The notes under the pieces were generated by a model. The model was not told where the DNA came from. It made no database searches and worked only from the letters and a program-made list of their open reading frames with translations. The position numbers were made by a program, and so were the translations under genes. From positions 160,001-224,000 of the forward strand of contig JBNKBE010000007.1 of assembly GCA_050287085.1 (NCBI GenBank): DNA of 64,000 nt. The letters run 5' to 3'. Shown here piece by piece: positions 21,959 to 30,845 of the stretch. The number at the start of each line of letters is the position of its first letter. Position 1 is the first letter of the stretch. The DNA comes from Polyangiaceae bacterium (GTDB lineage: Bacteria; Myxococcota_A; Polyangia; Polyangiales; Polyangiaceae).

Positions 21959-23203
21959 ATGGCGGGCGGTGCGCGGCGTGCCCTGAGCCACGTCGGGGGA
22001 CGCATTTTGCTTCGTGGGGGTGACGGTGAGCTGCGCCGCGTGCTGCGTGGCGCGCTGCAGGTATCACCCGACGAGCTCCGTACGCGGCGGCACGTGCATG
22101 GTTTTCACCCCTACCCAGCTCGCCTTCATCCGGACACCGCCAATCGGTTGATCGAGGGGCTTTCCAAGGAGGGGGAAGTGGTGTTGGACCCGTTTTGCGG
22201 CAGCGGCACCGTGCTTGTGGAGGCACGCAGCCTTGGCCGTCGTGGGGTTGGTGTTGACGCCAATCCGCTGAGCGTGGCTCTTGCGCGCTTCAAGTTGGGG
22301 GCTGACGACAGCCAGGCTCGTGGACGTTGGCTGCGGGCCGCATTTGCTGTGGCCAAGGCGGCAGATCGCGAGCGTTGTGCGGGCGTTCAGGGGGTAGCGG
22401 GCATCGACAAGCAGGATGAGGACCTGTTTTCACCGCGGATGCTCTCAGAGCTCGGCTTGCTACGCACGCAAATCGCAGCCGTGGACGATGCAGCGACGCG
22501 CACGGCGCTGCTGCTCGTGTTGTCTTCCATGCTGAATAAGGTTTCGCGTCGGGTGGACGACGGCGGGGAGAAAGCGCGGGTCGCTGAGCGTCCGTCCGGG
22601 TTTGCTATTCGCTTCTTCAAGGACCGCGCCCAGGAAGTGGGGCGGCAGATGCTGGACTTCGCTCGCTCCTTGGCGCCTGAGGCGCCGGAGTGCGCTGTCG
22701 ATTTGGGGGATGCACGTGAGCTTGCATCGGTGGCGGACGGATACGCCTCCTTGATCGTAACGTCGCCTCCCTATCCCGGGGTCTACGACTACTTCAGTCA
22801 CCACGCCGCCCGGATCCGTTGGCTGGAGCTAGACGCTCAGCATCTGGCGCAGCGCGAAATCGGCGCCAAACGCGAGCTATCTCGCCTGCAGGGCGAAGAA
22901 GCGCTGGATGCCTGGCGGCGCGACCTAGTTGACTTTCTCCGTCAAATGCGGCGCGTCTTGCGTCCGGACGGGGCGGCGTGTTTGGTCCTGGCGGACACGG
23001 CGGCCGCCGGGACGGTGTTTCCCGCGGACGAGCTGGTACGGGCCTCGGCGCAAGCCGCAGACTTGAGGTGGGTGGCAACGGCATCGCAGGATCGACCCCA
23101 CTTTGATGCGATGGCGCGCCGGCTCTTTGCGGGGCGGCCCAAGCGCGAGCACCTGATCTTGCTGCGTCCCGCGGGCGACCCCGTGCAAAGCCCTCACGCA
23201 TAG
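21959..23203 (+). CDS. Orphan amino-DNA methyltransferase (N4-C/N6-A type)
   Basis: HGFHPYPARL, LDPFCGSGT (SAM-binding motif I) followed by VTSPPY (motif IV); no adjacent nuclease. Confidence 0.85.
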   Translation: MAGGARRALSHVGGRILLRGGDGELRRVLRGALQVSPDELRTRRHVHGFHPYPARLHPDTANRLIEGLSKEGEVVLDPFCGSGTVLVEARSLGRRGVGVDANPLSVALARFKLGADDSQARGRWLRAAFAVAKAADRERCAGVQGVAGIDKQDEDLFSPRMLSELGLLRTQIAAVDDAATRTALLLVLSSMLNKVSRRVDDGGEKARVAERPSGFAIRFFKDRAQEVGRQMLDFARSLAPEAPECAVDLGDARELASVADGYASLIVTSPPYPGVYDYFSHHAARIRWLELDAQHLAQREIGAKRELSRLQGEEALDAWRRDLVDFLRQMRRVLRPDGAACLVLADTAAAGTVFPADELVRASAQAADLRWVATASQDRPHFDAMARRLFAGRPKREHLILLRPAGDPVQSPHA

Positions 23204-23224
23204 TGGACTAGGTAGTGGACTAGG
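23201..23224. repeat. 12-bp perfect tandem duplication starting at the methyltransferase stop codon
   Basis: TAGTGGACTAGG x2. Confidence 0.9.
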
Positions 23225-23582
23225 TCCGGTCCCGGGCGCTGTCGATTTCAGGTTTGAAATGTCCCGCCTTCTGGACTGACTGCCGTACTGACGCGGCTGT
23301 GCGAATTCGGAACAGCGACCCCGGCGCGGGCAGACGCTCCCCGGTTGGGTGATGCAATATGGGTCATATCCAGGGATCCTCATGAACGTTGCGTCCCGTT
23401 GCGCGGGCCTCCGGGACGTTGGCGCCGTCTTCGCCTCTGGTTGGGGCCAGTTCGCTCTCGGTCAGTAGTAGTTCTCCCAGAGCATCCGAGTGGCCAACGC
23501 AGGTTAGTGGCGCTTGCACAAGCGGAACCAATACTGCAAATCTGCAACCAGCTAGACGCCGATAGTGTGGTTATGTGTCTGA

Positions 23583-23617
23583 AATCATTAGATTGGCTCG
23601 TTGGCACGCAGGGTGCA
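23583..23617 (+). promoter_or_regulatory. Putative sigma54 (-24/-12) promoter with an upstream IHF-like site
   Basis: TTGGCACGCAGGGTGCA (23601-23617) fits YTGGCACG-N4-TTGCW with exact GG-N10-GC spacing; AATCATTAGATTG (23583-23595) is one mismatch from the IHF consensus WATCAANNNNTTR. Confidence 0.72.
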
Positions 23618-23627
23618 TATAGGTGGG

Positions 23628-23762
23628 CATGTAGCGACTCGCTACAGACATCTTCGTCACAGGGGCCTGGCTTCCCCTCCCTCCCCTCATCCGGGTCCCT
23701 GTGCAGTTTTTTTGCGACGCGGTCTTGTCCCCCCCCCTCCTAGGCCGCGTCGCTCTTTTTTT
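23628..23762 (+). ncRNA. Candidate sRNA with three stem-loops and C-rich (CCUCC) loops; Pxr-like architecture
   Basis: SL1 TGTAGCG/CGCTACA (23630-23646); SL2 13-bp stem with 2 G-U pairs (23658-23703), loop CTTCCCCTCCCTCCCCTCAT; SL3 12-bp stem (23714-23753), loop TGTC9TCCT, then TCT7; begins ~12 nt after the sigma54 motif; no credible ORF. Confidence 0.72.
23714..23762 (+). terminator. Rho-independent terminator (SL3 of the candidate sRNA)
   Basis: GCGACGCGGTCT / AGGCCGCGTCGC stem followed by TCTTTTTTT. Confidence 0.8.
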
Positions 23763-23835
23763 GTTCGCTGCATCCAGAGAGTCGTGGCGTCGCCCCGGTC
23801 GATCTTCAGTGGGTTGACCGCGCGGGCGCAACCGA

Positions 23836-24465
23836 TCAGCTAGATCCTGCCAGGCGCTGTTCTAACTCCGCCTGGAGGCGTCCGAGCTCGCGCTGCGCTC
23901 GTTGGGTGCGCTTGAGTAGCTTACGCAGCTCGGCTCGGGTGTACAGGTTAAGCCGCGGGAGGTCTCCAAAAAGGTTCCGCCGTTCCAGTTCGTCGAGGGC
24001 GCGAACGCACTCCACCTCCGTCTTGCCCCCGCGTCCGGGACTGCCGTAGCGTTCACGCACGAGACGTTCGAGTTTGGCAGCGCTCCAACCCTCCTTGTCT
24101 ACGCGTTTAAGCAGATCCTTGCGCTTGGCGGCCGGTAGAGATGCGGTGGCCACGAAATGGCGCATGTCGAGGTTTCGCCACGGTGGTTTGAGGTTGAGCT
24201 CTTTGGCCACCCTGTAGACTCGCACGCAGCGACTCAAGGTGGATACGCTGGCTGCCTTGAGCACTTCTGCCTGCAAGCGTCGCAGGCTCCATTCTTGCCG
24301 ACCCCGCGTATCTTGCCAGCCGAGCTGCTCCAGGATCATACGCCCCACGTCGTAGCATTCGTCCACCTTTAGGGCTTGGGTGCGTGACTTGAGTGCGGCG
24401 GGCCAGGGCAGGGCGCGCGCCTGCGCTGCCGTGATGCTGCTGCTGCCATCGCTCTTGCGCGCCAT
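23836..24465 (-). CDS. Hypothetical basic helical protein, probably DNA-binding (weak resemblance to ParB-HTH / DUF1016 N-terminal domains)
   Basis: Arg/Lys-rich; SLRRL...SVSTLSRCVRVY and EGWSAAKLERLVRE segments; C-terminal coiled coil. Confidence 0.6.
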   Translation of the reverse strand: MARKSDGSSSITAAQARALPWPAALKSRTQALKVDECYDVGRMILEQLGWQDTRGRQEWSLRRLQAEVLKAASVSTLSRCVRVYRVAKELNLKPPWRNLDMRHFVATASLPAAKRKDLLKRVDKEGWSAAKLERLVRERYGSPGRGGKTEVECVRALDELERRNLFGDLPRLNLYTRAELRKLLKRTQRAQRELGRLQAELEQRLAGSS

Positions 24466-24604
24466 GCCTTCAGCCTAGCAGACCCATTTTCCCGTCGAAC
24501 GCCCGAAGCGGCCGCGGCGAACAAACACCGCTGCGGCTGAAGCATTCTGTTCAATGAGTAAAGAGGCATGAGCTCGTCTACTCGACGCCATCCTATGCTT
24601 GTTC

Positions 24605-25141
24605 TTATGGATAGGCCTTCTGGGGATAGCTGTCACGAGTTGCCTGCAGAAAGGAGAACCCGTTTAGCTCCAACTGGCCAGCGCTGAACAGTTGGGTGAG
24701 CGGCTCAGATAGTGTTTCACCCGGGGCGACGCGTTTGAGCACTCGCTGTACATTTGAGAATCCGAAGCCATGGCTTACGACCGCAAGCGCGCCTTCGGTG
24801 GTCAGTCCCTTGCCGCGATGACGCGGTCGCAGGCCGAGGTAGAGCTCTAGCGTGTGCGTCTGCAATACCGCGCGCAACGCAAACGCCCCCAACGTTTCCA
24901 GAGAGTCGCTGTCGCACATAGCCCAGATGCCGAAGCCGAACTCCATGAAGTCGCGTTCGCTCTGGGCAACCAGATCATTGGCCTTGTCCAGGGTCATGGG
25001 GCCCGGTGAGCCGAGGTAGCGCGCCACCTCCTCGGCCGGGAATAGGCGAACCAACGTGGCTAGGTGCTGCTCTTGCAAAGGCACAAGCACCGTGCGAGCG
25101 GTAGTGAGCACGTGACCTGTGCTGTGTTCACTCTCCCACAC
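24605..25141 (-). CDS. GNAT family N-acetyltransferase (RimJ/RimL-like), divergent
   Basis: LTTARTVLVPL, GFGIWAM, RPRHRGKGLTTEG acetyl-CoA motif. Confidence 0.8.
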   Translation of the reverse strand: MWESEHSTGHVLTTARTVLVPLQEQHLATLVRLFPAEEVARYLGSPGPMTLDKANDLVAQSERDFMEFGFGIWAMCDSDSLETLGAFALRAVLQTHTLELYLGLRPRHRGKGLTTEGALAVVSHGFGFSNVQRVLKRVAPGETLSEPLTQLFSAGQLELNGFSFLQATRDSYPQKAYP

Positions 25142-25187
25142 GAGTCAGTGCCCGATTGGTTACCATGAGGACGACGCTGCAGGCATC

Positions 25188-25577
25188 TTACTGGGTGACG
25201 CCGTGAGCGTGTAGCCACAAAAGCGCCGCTTCTGCGGAGGCCAGGTTTGTCGCAAGCGGAATGTTGTGGACGTCGCAAATCCGCATCAGGGCGGAGACGT
25301 CTGGCTCGTGCGGCTGGGCCGTCAGTGGGTCGCGAAAGAAGATCACCGCAAGCACCTCTCCTTCTGCCACGCGTGCGCCGATCTGTTGGTCGCCGCCGAG
25401 GGGGCCCGACAGCAACGGGATCACATCGAGCTGTGCCTTTTCTCGCAGCAGGCCACCGGTGGTTCCCGTGGCCACGATATTGAATTGTTCGAGCAGTTGC
25501 CTGTGGTCTTTGGCGAAGCTGATCAGGTCCAGCTTCTTTTTGTCGTGGGCGATGAGCGCGATGGTCTTTGCCTTCAC
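25188..25577 (-). CDS. mgsA: Methylglyoxal synthase
   Basis: [54 protein letters not shown] start inferred. Confidence 0.97.
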   Translation of the reverse strand: MKAKTIALIAHDKKKLDLISFAKDHRQLLEQFNIVATGTTGGLLREKAQLDVIPLLSGPLGGDQQIGARVAEGEVLAVIFFRDPLTAQPHEPDVSALMRICDVHNIPLATNLASAEAALLWLHAHGVTQ

Positions 25578-25723
25578 CCGCCGCACGATACCCTTCCGCT
25601 GACGCTGCGCCAAGGGGGTGCCCGGGTACGGACGAACAGTGGGTCCTGGCTCACGGGCGGACGGCGCTTCTGCGAGTCGTGGGGCATTTGCCGTTTGTGC
25701 ATGCACGCACTAATGCGGGGAGC

Positions 25724-28700
25724 ATGGCAGTTGATATGCCGGCGGAGCGCCGAACCCCGCTGTTCGAGCGTCATCAGAACGATCTGGTACACTGGAGCCC
25801 TTGGGACGCTGCGGTCATCGAGCGGGCGAGGCGAGCGGATCGACCCCTGCTCGTGGTCTTGACCTTCACGGGCTGTGGTCTCTCCGGACGATTCCAAAGC
25901 GAATGCTTCGATGAGCCTGAAATAGCTCAACTCATGAATGAGCGCTTTGAGTGCGTGCTGGTGGACCGTCATGAGCGCCCGGACGTGGAGGCTTGTTTCC
26001 TTCCGGCCGCTCTCGCCGCGAACCCCGATTGTGCCTTGCCCCTCACGCTGTTTCTGACGCCTGAGCTCACGCTGATCTTCGCCGCACCCTACCTGCCGGC
26101 GAGCGCGAGCGAAGGGCGGGGCTTTCGCGAGCTGCTCGAACGAGTGGTCGACGTATGGGATCGCGACCGCGATGAGCTGCATCGGCGGGGAGCGGAACTG
26201 CTCGAGCATGCTCGGCGGGCGCATCAGGCGTTGCCTGTCGGGGACGTGCTGACGCAACAAGCGCTGGAGGCGCGGCACGCTTTGCAGGCCGCGCTTTCGT
26301 TGGATACCCCGGGAGCGGAGTTCCCCATGCCTGCGGTGCTCAGCTTCTTGCTGTCGGAGCAGCTTGAGAACCCCGACCCGCTGCTGGGTAGCGCGCTACG
26401 AGGGCGACTCGATCGCCTGGCCAGCGACGGCCTACGGGATCCGATCAGCGGCGGATTCGCTCGCTGCGCAGCTGATCTTGCCTGCACGGTTCCGTTTCCG
26501 GAGCGCGGTCTGAGCGACAACGCACAGCTGGCGCTGGTCTATCTGGAAGCGGCCGAGGTATTGGGGGACGAGCGCTACGCAGAAGTGGCTCGAGGAGCGC
26601 TCGACTTCATCGTCCGAGAGCTAACGACGGAGCAGGGCGCCTTCGCCACGACCTTGGGCGTCGACGGTCGCAGCGAACGCCCTCTGGTTCACCTCGAGGT
26701 CGACGTGGGTGAGCTCAAGGAGCGGCTTTCACCCGCAACACTTGAAGTTGCGTTGCGAGCGTTTCGGCTCACGGAAGCGGTTTCGGGGGAGCCGGCGCTA
26801 GCGCGGGTGGGTGAGCCACCAAGCGTGATCGCGGCGCTGTCCGACGCGGACGAGGCTCAGGTGCAGCTGGCCATCGAGGAAGCCCGACAGGTAATTGCGG
26901 CGCAACGACAAGGCACTCACGTCGTACGTGACTCGCTGGTGGTTGCGGGTTACAACGGTTTGGCGATCCGAGCTCTTGCCGTGGCGGCACTTCACCCCGC
27001 CTTTTCGAGCCAGCGCGACGTCTATCTCTCGGCAGCGCAGACCGCGGCGAAGGCGGTCCTACTGGAGCAATGGTCGAACGGTGGCTTGTCGCGAGTGGCA
27101 GCCCCCCGAGCGCTGGGTTCGCGTGCGATGCTTCAGGACTTCGCGCTCCTCGCGGAGGGGTTGCTGGCGCTATTTGCGGCAACTCAGGATGTCCAGTATC
27201 GAGATCGGGCCATGGCGTTGGCCGTACAGATGCGGGAGCGTTTTGTCGATTCTACCGGTCGCGCACTAGCGCTGGAGCCCGACGCTGCGCCGGAGCTTCC
27301 GTTTCGGCCTACGGCCAGTCACGACGGAGCACTGCCACCGGCCTATGCCACCTGTGCCGCCGTGTTTACCCAGGTCGGTCAGCAGTGCGCTGATGACGCG
27401 GACGCAAGCGAGTGGTATGAGCTCGCGCGCGCCGTGCTACGCGCTGAGAGTCAGCGCATGACACGGGGGGCGCGAGCTCACGCGGCGGGCCTACTGGCGG
27501 CACGTACGTTAGCGCGACAGCTCGTCTCGCGCGACGACGCTGCGCGGGACCAGGACACTCTGCTCGCCGCTCTTCCGATCGCAGGGGGCGCCACCGAGTC
27601 AGCGAGCCGTGGCTACTTTCGGCGCCTCGGCTTGCCCCAGGGCGCCTGTCATCGTTTGCCAAAATCCAAGCTCTGGGTGTCCAGGATTGGACTTGGAAGC
27701 TACCGGCTGTCCCTCTCGCAGCTCGAGTCCCGCTTGGCGGCATCGCTGGCGTTGAGCGAAGGGGCCAATTTCCTCGATACCGCGCCGAGCTACGGCAACG
27801 GTGAGGCGGAGCGGGCATTGGGGGGCGCGATCGGCTCCAAGGTGACATCGGGCGCGCTGCGGCGCGAAGAGCTGGTTGTGATGACCAAGGTGGGGCTCTC
27901 CAATCAGCCACCCGGGGGGGCTCTCGCGGGCTGGACAACGCTCAGTGGGTCCACCGGCTACAGTCTGTCGCCGGCGTGGCTCGACGAGCAGATCGCGAGC
28001 TCGGCTCGACGTTTGGGACTGCAGCGCGTCGATATCGTGCTGGTTCACTCTCCTGAGCTTCTGCTCCCGCACCGCACGCGGGAAGCGCTGGTGGCGGAAC
28101 TAGCAGGGGCGCTAGCACACCTTGAGTCGCTGCGGCTTGAGGGACGCATTGCGAGTTATGGTGTTTCCCTCGGACGGCTGCTGGGCGACGAGGCGTTGCG
28201 GCCCACTGAACTTTGTGCGGCGGTGGCGCGTGCCGGGGCGAAAGGCTTTGAACTCGTGCAACTACCACTCAATCCGCTCGAGCTCGGTGCTGCGGAGGTG
28301 CAACCGGGACAAGGCGCCAGCTGGCTCGAAACGGCGCACCAAAACGACTGGTCCATCGTGGCCCACCGCCCGCTCAACGCGTTGGCGGGCGACACTCTGA
28401 TTCGATTTGCCGACGCTCCCGAGGTGGACGCCTCGGACTACGAGGGTGTTCATCGGACGTTGCGAGAACTCGAGGAGGAGTTTCGGATGCGGCTCGGCGC
28501 CGTTCTGGCCGCTGTCCCAGACATCGAGCTGCCCGTTTCCGAGTTCTTCACATGGGCCGATCGGGTCGGCGAATACGAACTGTCGAGTCGCGAGTTATGG
28601 GACGACTTCGAGCGCCACATCTTGAGCGCTCACCTTCCGGGGCTGCTTCACGCGCTCAATCGGGCGTTTGCTGGAAAGCAGCTGGACGGTCTATGGCAGA

Positions 28701-29032
28701 ACTGGCGGCAGCGCTACGTAGTGGCGCTGGAAGCTTGGGTGCTGGCGGCGCGGCGCCGTTCTGGAGAGGCGACCAACGCGCGCAACGCGCCCTTCCACCG
28801 GGTGTTGGCGGAGCGCGCGCCTGCGGATCTGCGCGGGGCGAGTCTTTCGCGTTTGGTCCTTTGGAACCTCAGCAGCGCGGATGGGATCGCCAGCGTGCTG
28901 ACCGGTTTGACGACCTGTTCGCATGTACAGGATGCGCTGGGTACGCTGCGTTGGCGTGAGGCGGACGAGCCGCTCGACGACCTGCGCGACGCAGTGGCGG
29001 CCATGCCCACGCTAACCTCAGGGACGCCCTAA
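25724..29032 (+). CDS. Fusion protein: YyaL/SSP411-like (DUF255 thioredoxin-like + helical barrel) plus a C-terminal aldo/keto reductase
   Basis: W.PW...A..RA...DRP, VDRHERPDV, PLTLFLTP, GGFAR, L.DNAQL, YNGLAI, LQDFALL; then IGLGSYR, DTAPSYG, TKVG, LVHSPE, VQLPLN (AKR). Confidence 0.85.
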   Translation: MAVDMPAERRTPLFERHQNDLVHWSPWDAAVIERARRADRPLLVVLTFTGCGLSGRFQSECFDEPEIAQLMNERFECVLVDRHERPDVEACFLPAALAANPDCALPLTLFLTPELTLIFAAPYLPASASEGRGFRELLERVVDVWDRDRDELHRRGAELLEHARRAHQALPVGDVLTQQALEARHALQAALSLDTPGAEFPMPAVLSFLLSEQLENPDPLLGSALRGRLDRLASDGLRDPISGGFARCAADLACTVPFPERGLSDNAQLALVYLEAAEVLGDERYAEVARGALDFIVRELTTEQGAFATTLGVDGRSERPLVHLEVDVGELKERLSPATLEVALRAFRLTEAVSGEPALARVGEPPSVIAALSDADEAQVQLAIEEARQVIAAQRQGTHVVRDSLVVAGYNGLAIRALAVAALHPAFSSQRDVYLSAAQTAAKAVLLEQWSNGGLSRVAAPRALGSRAMLQDFALLAEGLLALFAATQDVQYRDRAMALAVQMRERFVDSTGRALALEPDAAPELPFRPTASHDGALPPAYATCAAVFTQVGQQCADDADASEWYELARAVLRAESQRMTRGARAHAAGLLAARTLARQLVSRDDAARDQDTLLAALPIAGGATESASRGYFRRLGLPQGACHRLPKSKLWVSRIGLGSYRLSLSQLESRLAASLALSEGANFLDTAPSYGNGEAERALGGAIGSKVTSGALRREELVVMTKVGLSNQPPGGALAGWTTLSGSTGYSLSPAWLDEQIASSARRLGLQRVDIVLVHSPELLLPHRTREALVAELAGALAHLESLRLEGRIASYGVSLGRLLGDEALRPTELCAAVARAGAKGFELVQLPLNPLELGAAEVQPGQGASWLETAHQNDWSIVAHRPLNALAGDTLIRFADAPEVDASDYEGVHRTLRELEEEFRMRLGAVLAAVPDIELPVSEFFTWADRVGEYELSSRELWDDFERHILSAHLPGLLHALNRAFAGKQLDGLWQNWRQRYVVALEAWVLAARRRSGEATNARNAPFHRVLAERAPADLRGASLSRLVLWNLSSADGIASVLTGLTTCSHVQDALGTLRWREADEPLDDLRDAVAAMPTLTSGTP

Positions 29033-29164
29033 GGGCCCGCGGACGGAAAAGTCATACTGGCCGATCCTCGCTCGCGACTGACTTTGCCGTGCGCGGGCCC
29101 TGAGGGGTGAGCCGGATGACAACAAGGCTGGCCAGAGCGGTGGTCGCCCGCTAGATTCCGCGCC

Positions 29165-30475
29165 GTGAAAATTGCAGTCATTGGAACGGGCTACGTCGGC
29201 CTCGTCGCGGGCGCGTGTTTTGCGGAGTCCGGAACTCAGGTGGTTTGTGTCGATGTCGACCAAGCCAAACTGGATCGCCTCAAGCGTGGAGAGGTTCCTT
29301 TCTTTGAGCCCGGGCTCGATGCCCTCGTGACGCGCAATTGGCCCGAGCGACTGGAGTTCACAACTGACCTGACCGCCGCGCTCGACGGAGCGGCGGCCGC
29401 GTTCATCGCGGTCGGCACGCCGCCTAACGAGGACGGCTCGGCGGACCTCTCGGCAGTACTCGGGGTGGCGCGCCAGGTAGCGCAAGCTGCCACGAGCGAG
29501 CTTGTGCTGGTGCTCAAGAGCACGGTGCCTGTTGGCACGAACGACAAGGTGGTGGCTGTCGTTGAGGAGCACGCGCGCGTCAACATCATGGTGGCGAGCA
29601 ATCCTGAGTTTCTGAAAGAAGGCGACGCTCTCAACGACTTTCTCAAGCCCGATCGCATCGTAGTCGGCGTTCGTGAGGAGCGCGCGTTCGAGATCTTGTC
29701 CCGCCTCTACTCGCCCTTCAATCGACAACGCAACCGCATGCACCGCATGTTGCCGCGCAGCGCGGAGATCGTGAAGTATGCGTCCAATGCGATGCTTGCG
29801 ACGAAGATCTCGTTCATGAACGAGATAGCGCTCCTCTGCGATGCAGCGGGCGGAGATGTGGAGCAAGTACGGATCGCGGTGGGAGCCGACCGGCGTATCG
29901 GGTTTCCGTTCCTGTATCCGGGACTTGGCTTCGGTGGTAGCTGCTTTCCGAAAGATCTACGGGCATTGGTACAGACGGGCTCCGAGTATGGTCTCAAGAT
30001 GGAGGTTGCGTCGGCTGCGGTGGTTGCCAACCACAAGCCCGTTGCGCGTGTTGTTGAGCATCTTGAAGCGGACTTTGGGACGCTCGAGGGCAAACGCTTG
30101 GCATTGTGGGGGCTCGCGTTCAAACCCAAGACCGATGATGTTCGCGAGGGGCCGGCATTTTCGCTGATTGAAGCGGTTATCGCGAAGGGGGCCACCGTGG
30201 CTGCCAGCGATCCAGAGGCGCTCGAAACGGCCCGGGCCAGGCTTGAGTTCATGGGTATTTCCGGCGGAGTGGCGCTGTGCGCGAACCCCTACGAGGCGTG
30301 CCGAGACGCTGACGCGCTGGTGCTGTGTACGGAATGGCGGGAGTTCAACTCACCCGATGTGGGAAAGCTGGCGGCGCTCATGCGCGGTCGGCGTGTGTAC
30401 GATGGCCGCAATGTGTGGAGCCCGGAAGAGTTCAAAGAAGCCGGGTTCAGCTATCGCGGCATTGGGCGTTCGTGA
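29165..30475 (+). CDS. ugd: UDP-glucose 6-dehydrogenase
   Basis: GTGYVG, AVGTP, KSTVPVGT, NPEFLKEG, GFGGSCFPKD, GLAFKPKTDD. Confidence 0.96.
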   Translation: MKIAVIGTGYVGLVAGACFAESGTQVVCVDVDQAKLDRLKRGEVPFFEPGLDALVTRNWPERLEFTTDLTAALDGAAAAFIAVGTPPNEDGSADLSAVLGVARQVAQAATSELVLVLKSTVPVGTNDKVVAVVEEHARVNIMVASNPEFLKEGDALNDFLKPDRIVVGVREERAFEILSRLYSPFNRQRNRMHRMLPRSAEIVKYASNAMLATKISFMNEIALLCDAAGGDVEQVRIAVGADRRIGFPFLYPGLGFGGSCFPKDLRALVQTGSEYGLKMEVASAAVVANHKPVARVVEHLEADFGTLEGKRLALWGLAFKPKTDDVREGPAFSLIEAVIAKGATVAASDPEALETARARLEFMGISGGVALCANPYEACRDADALVLCTEWREFNSPDVGKLAALMRGRRVYDGRNVWSPEEFKEAGFSYRGIGRS

Positions 30476-30614
30476 GCTGATCCGTGCTGGGCGTAACGGG
30501 CATCGTCGTTTGCTTTTCGCGGAACACGGGATGCTCCGATTCGGTCGGGCTTGACGCTCGGCGTTCAAGGGCACCTAGCATGCGCCGCTCTGAAACGCTG
30601 TAGACTGTCGACAA

Positions 30615-30705
30615 TAGCGATAAGGGCAACCGGTGGCGAAAGCGCCGGACGCAAAGCTCCTGGCCTAAGGAGATTCGTTTCTAGGGCTTGAAGAGTTGCC
30701 GAACC
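30615..30705 (+). ncRNA. c-di-GMP-I (GEMM) riboswitch aptamer
   Basis: AGGGCAA-CCGGTGGC-GAAA-GCGCCGG-ACGCAAAGC...CCTAAG...TAGG...GAGTTGCCG: GNRA tetraloop, GACGCAAAGC junction, CUAA receptor and GUUGCC 3' end; ~140 nt upstream of a CDS on the same strand. Confidence 0.85.
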
Positions 30706-30845
30706 GGGTCCGCAGCACCGCTGCTTGGCTGTGGCTCAGCGGGGTGGTTCCGTACCGCCGCGGGGGCTCGCCCAGGGAGGTGTCCTGGACGCTTTGCTCT
30801 CGGTCGGGTCCGCTTGGGCCGGCGCAACTGGAGGACGACACCGTG

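Noticed and set aside
23345..23843. Short ORFs in the methyltransferase-to-hypothetical gap
   Set aside because: No recognisable motifs, and they cross the promoter and hairpins; an ncRNA explains the region better.
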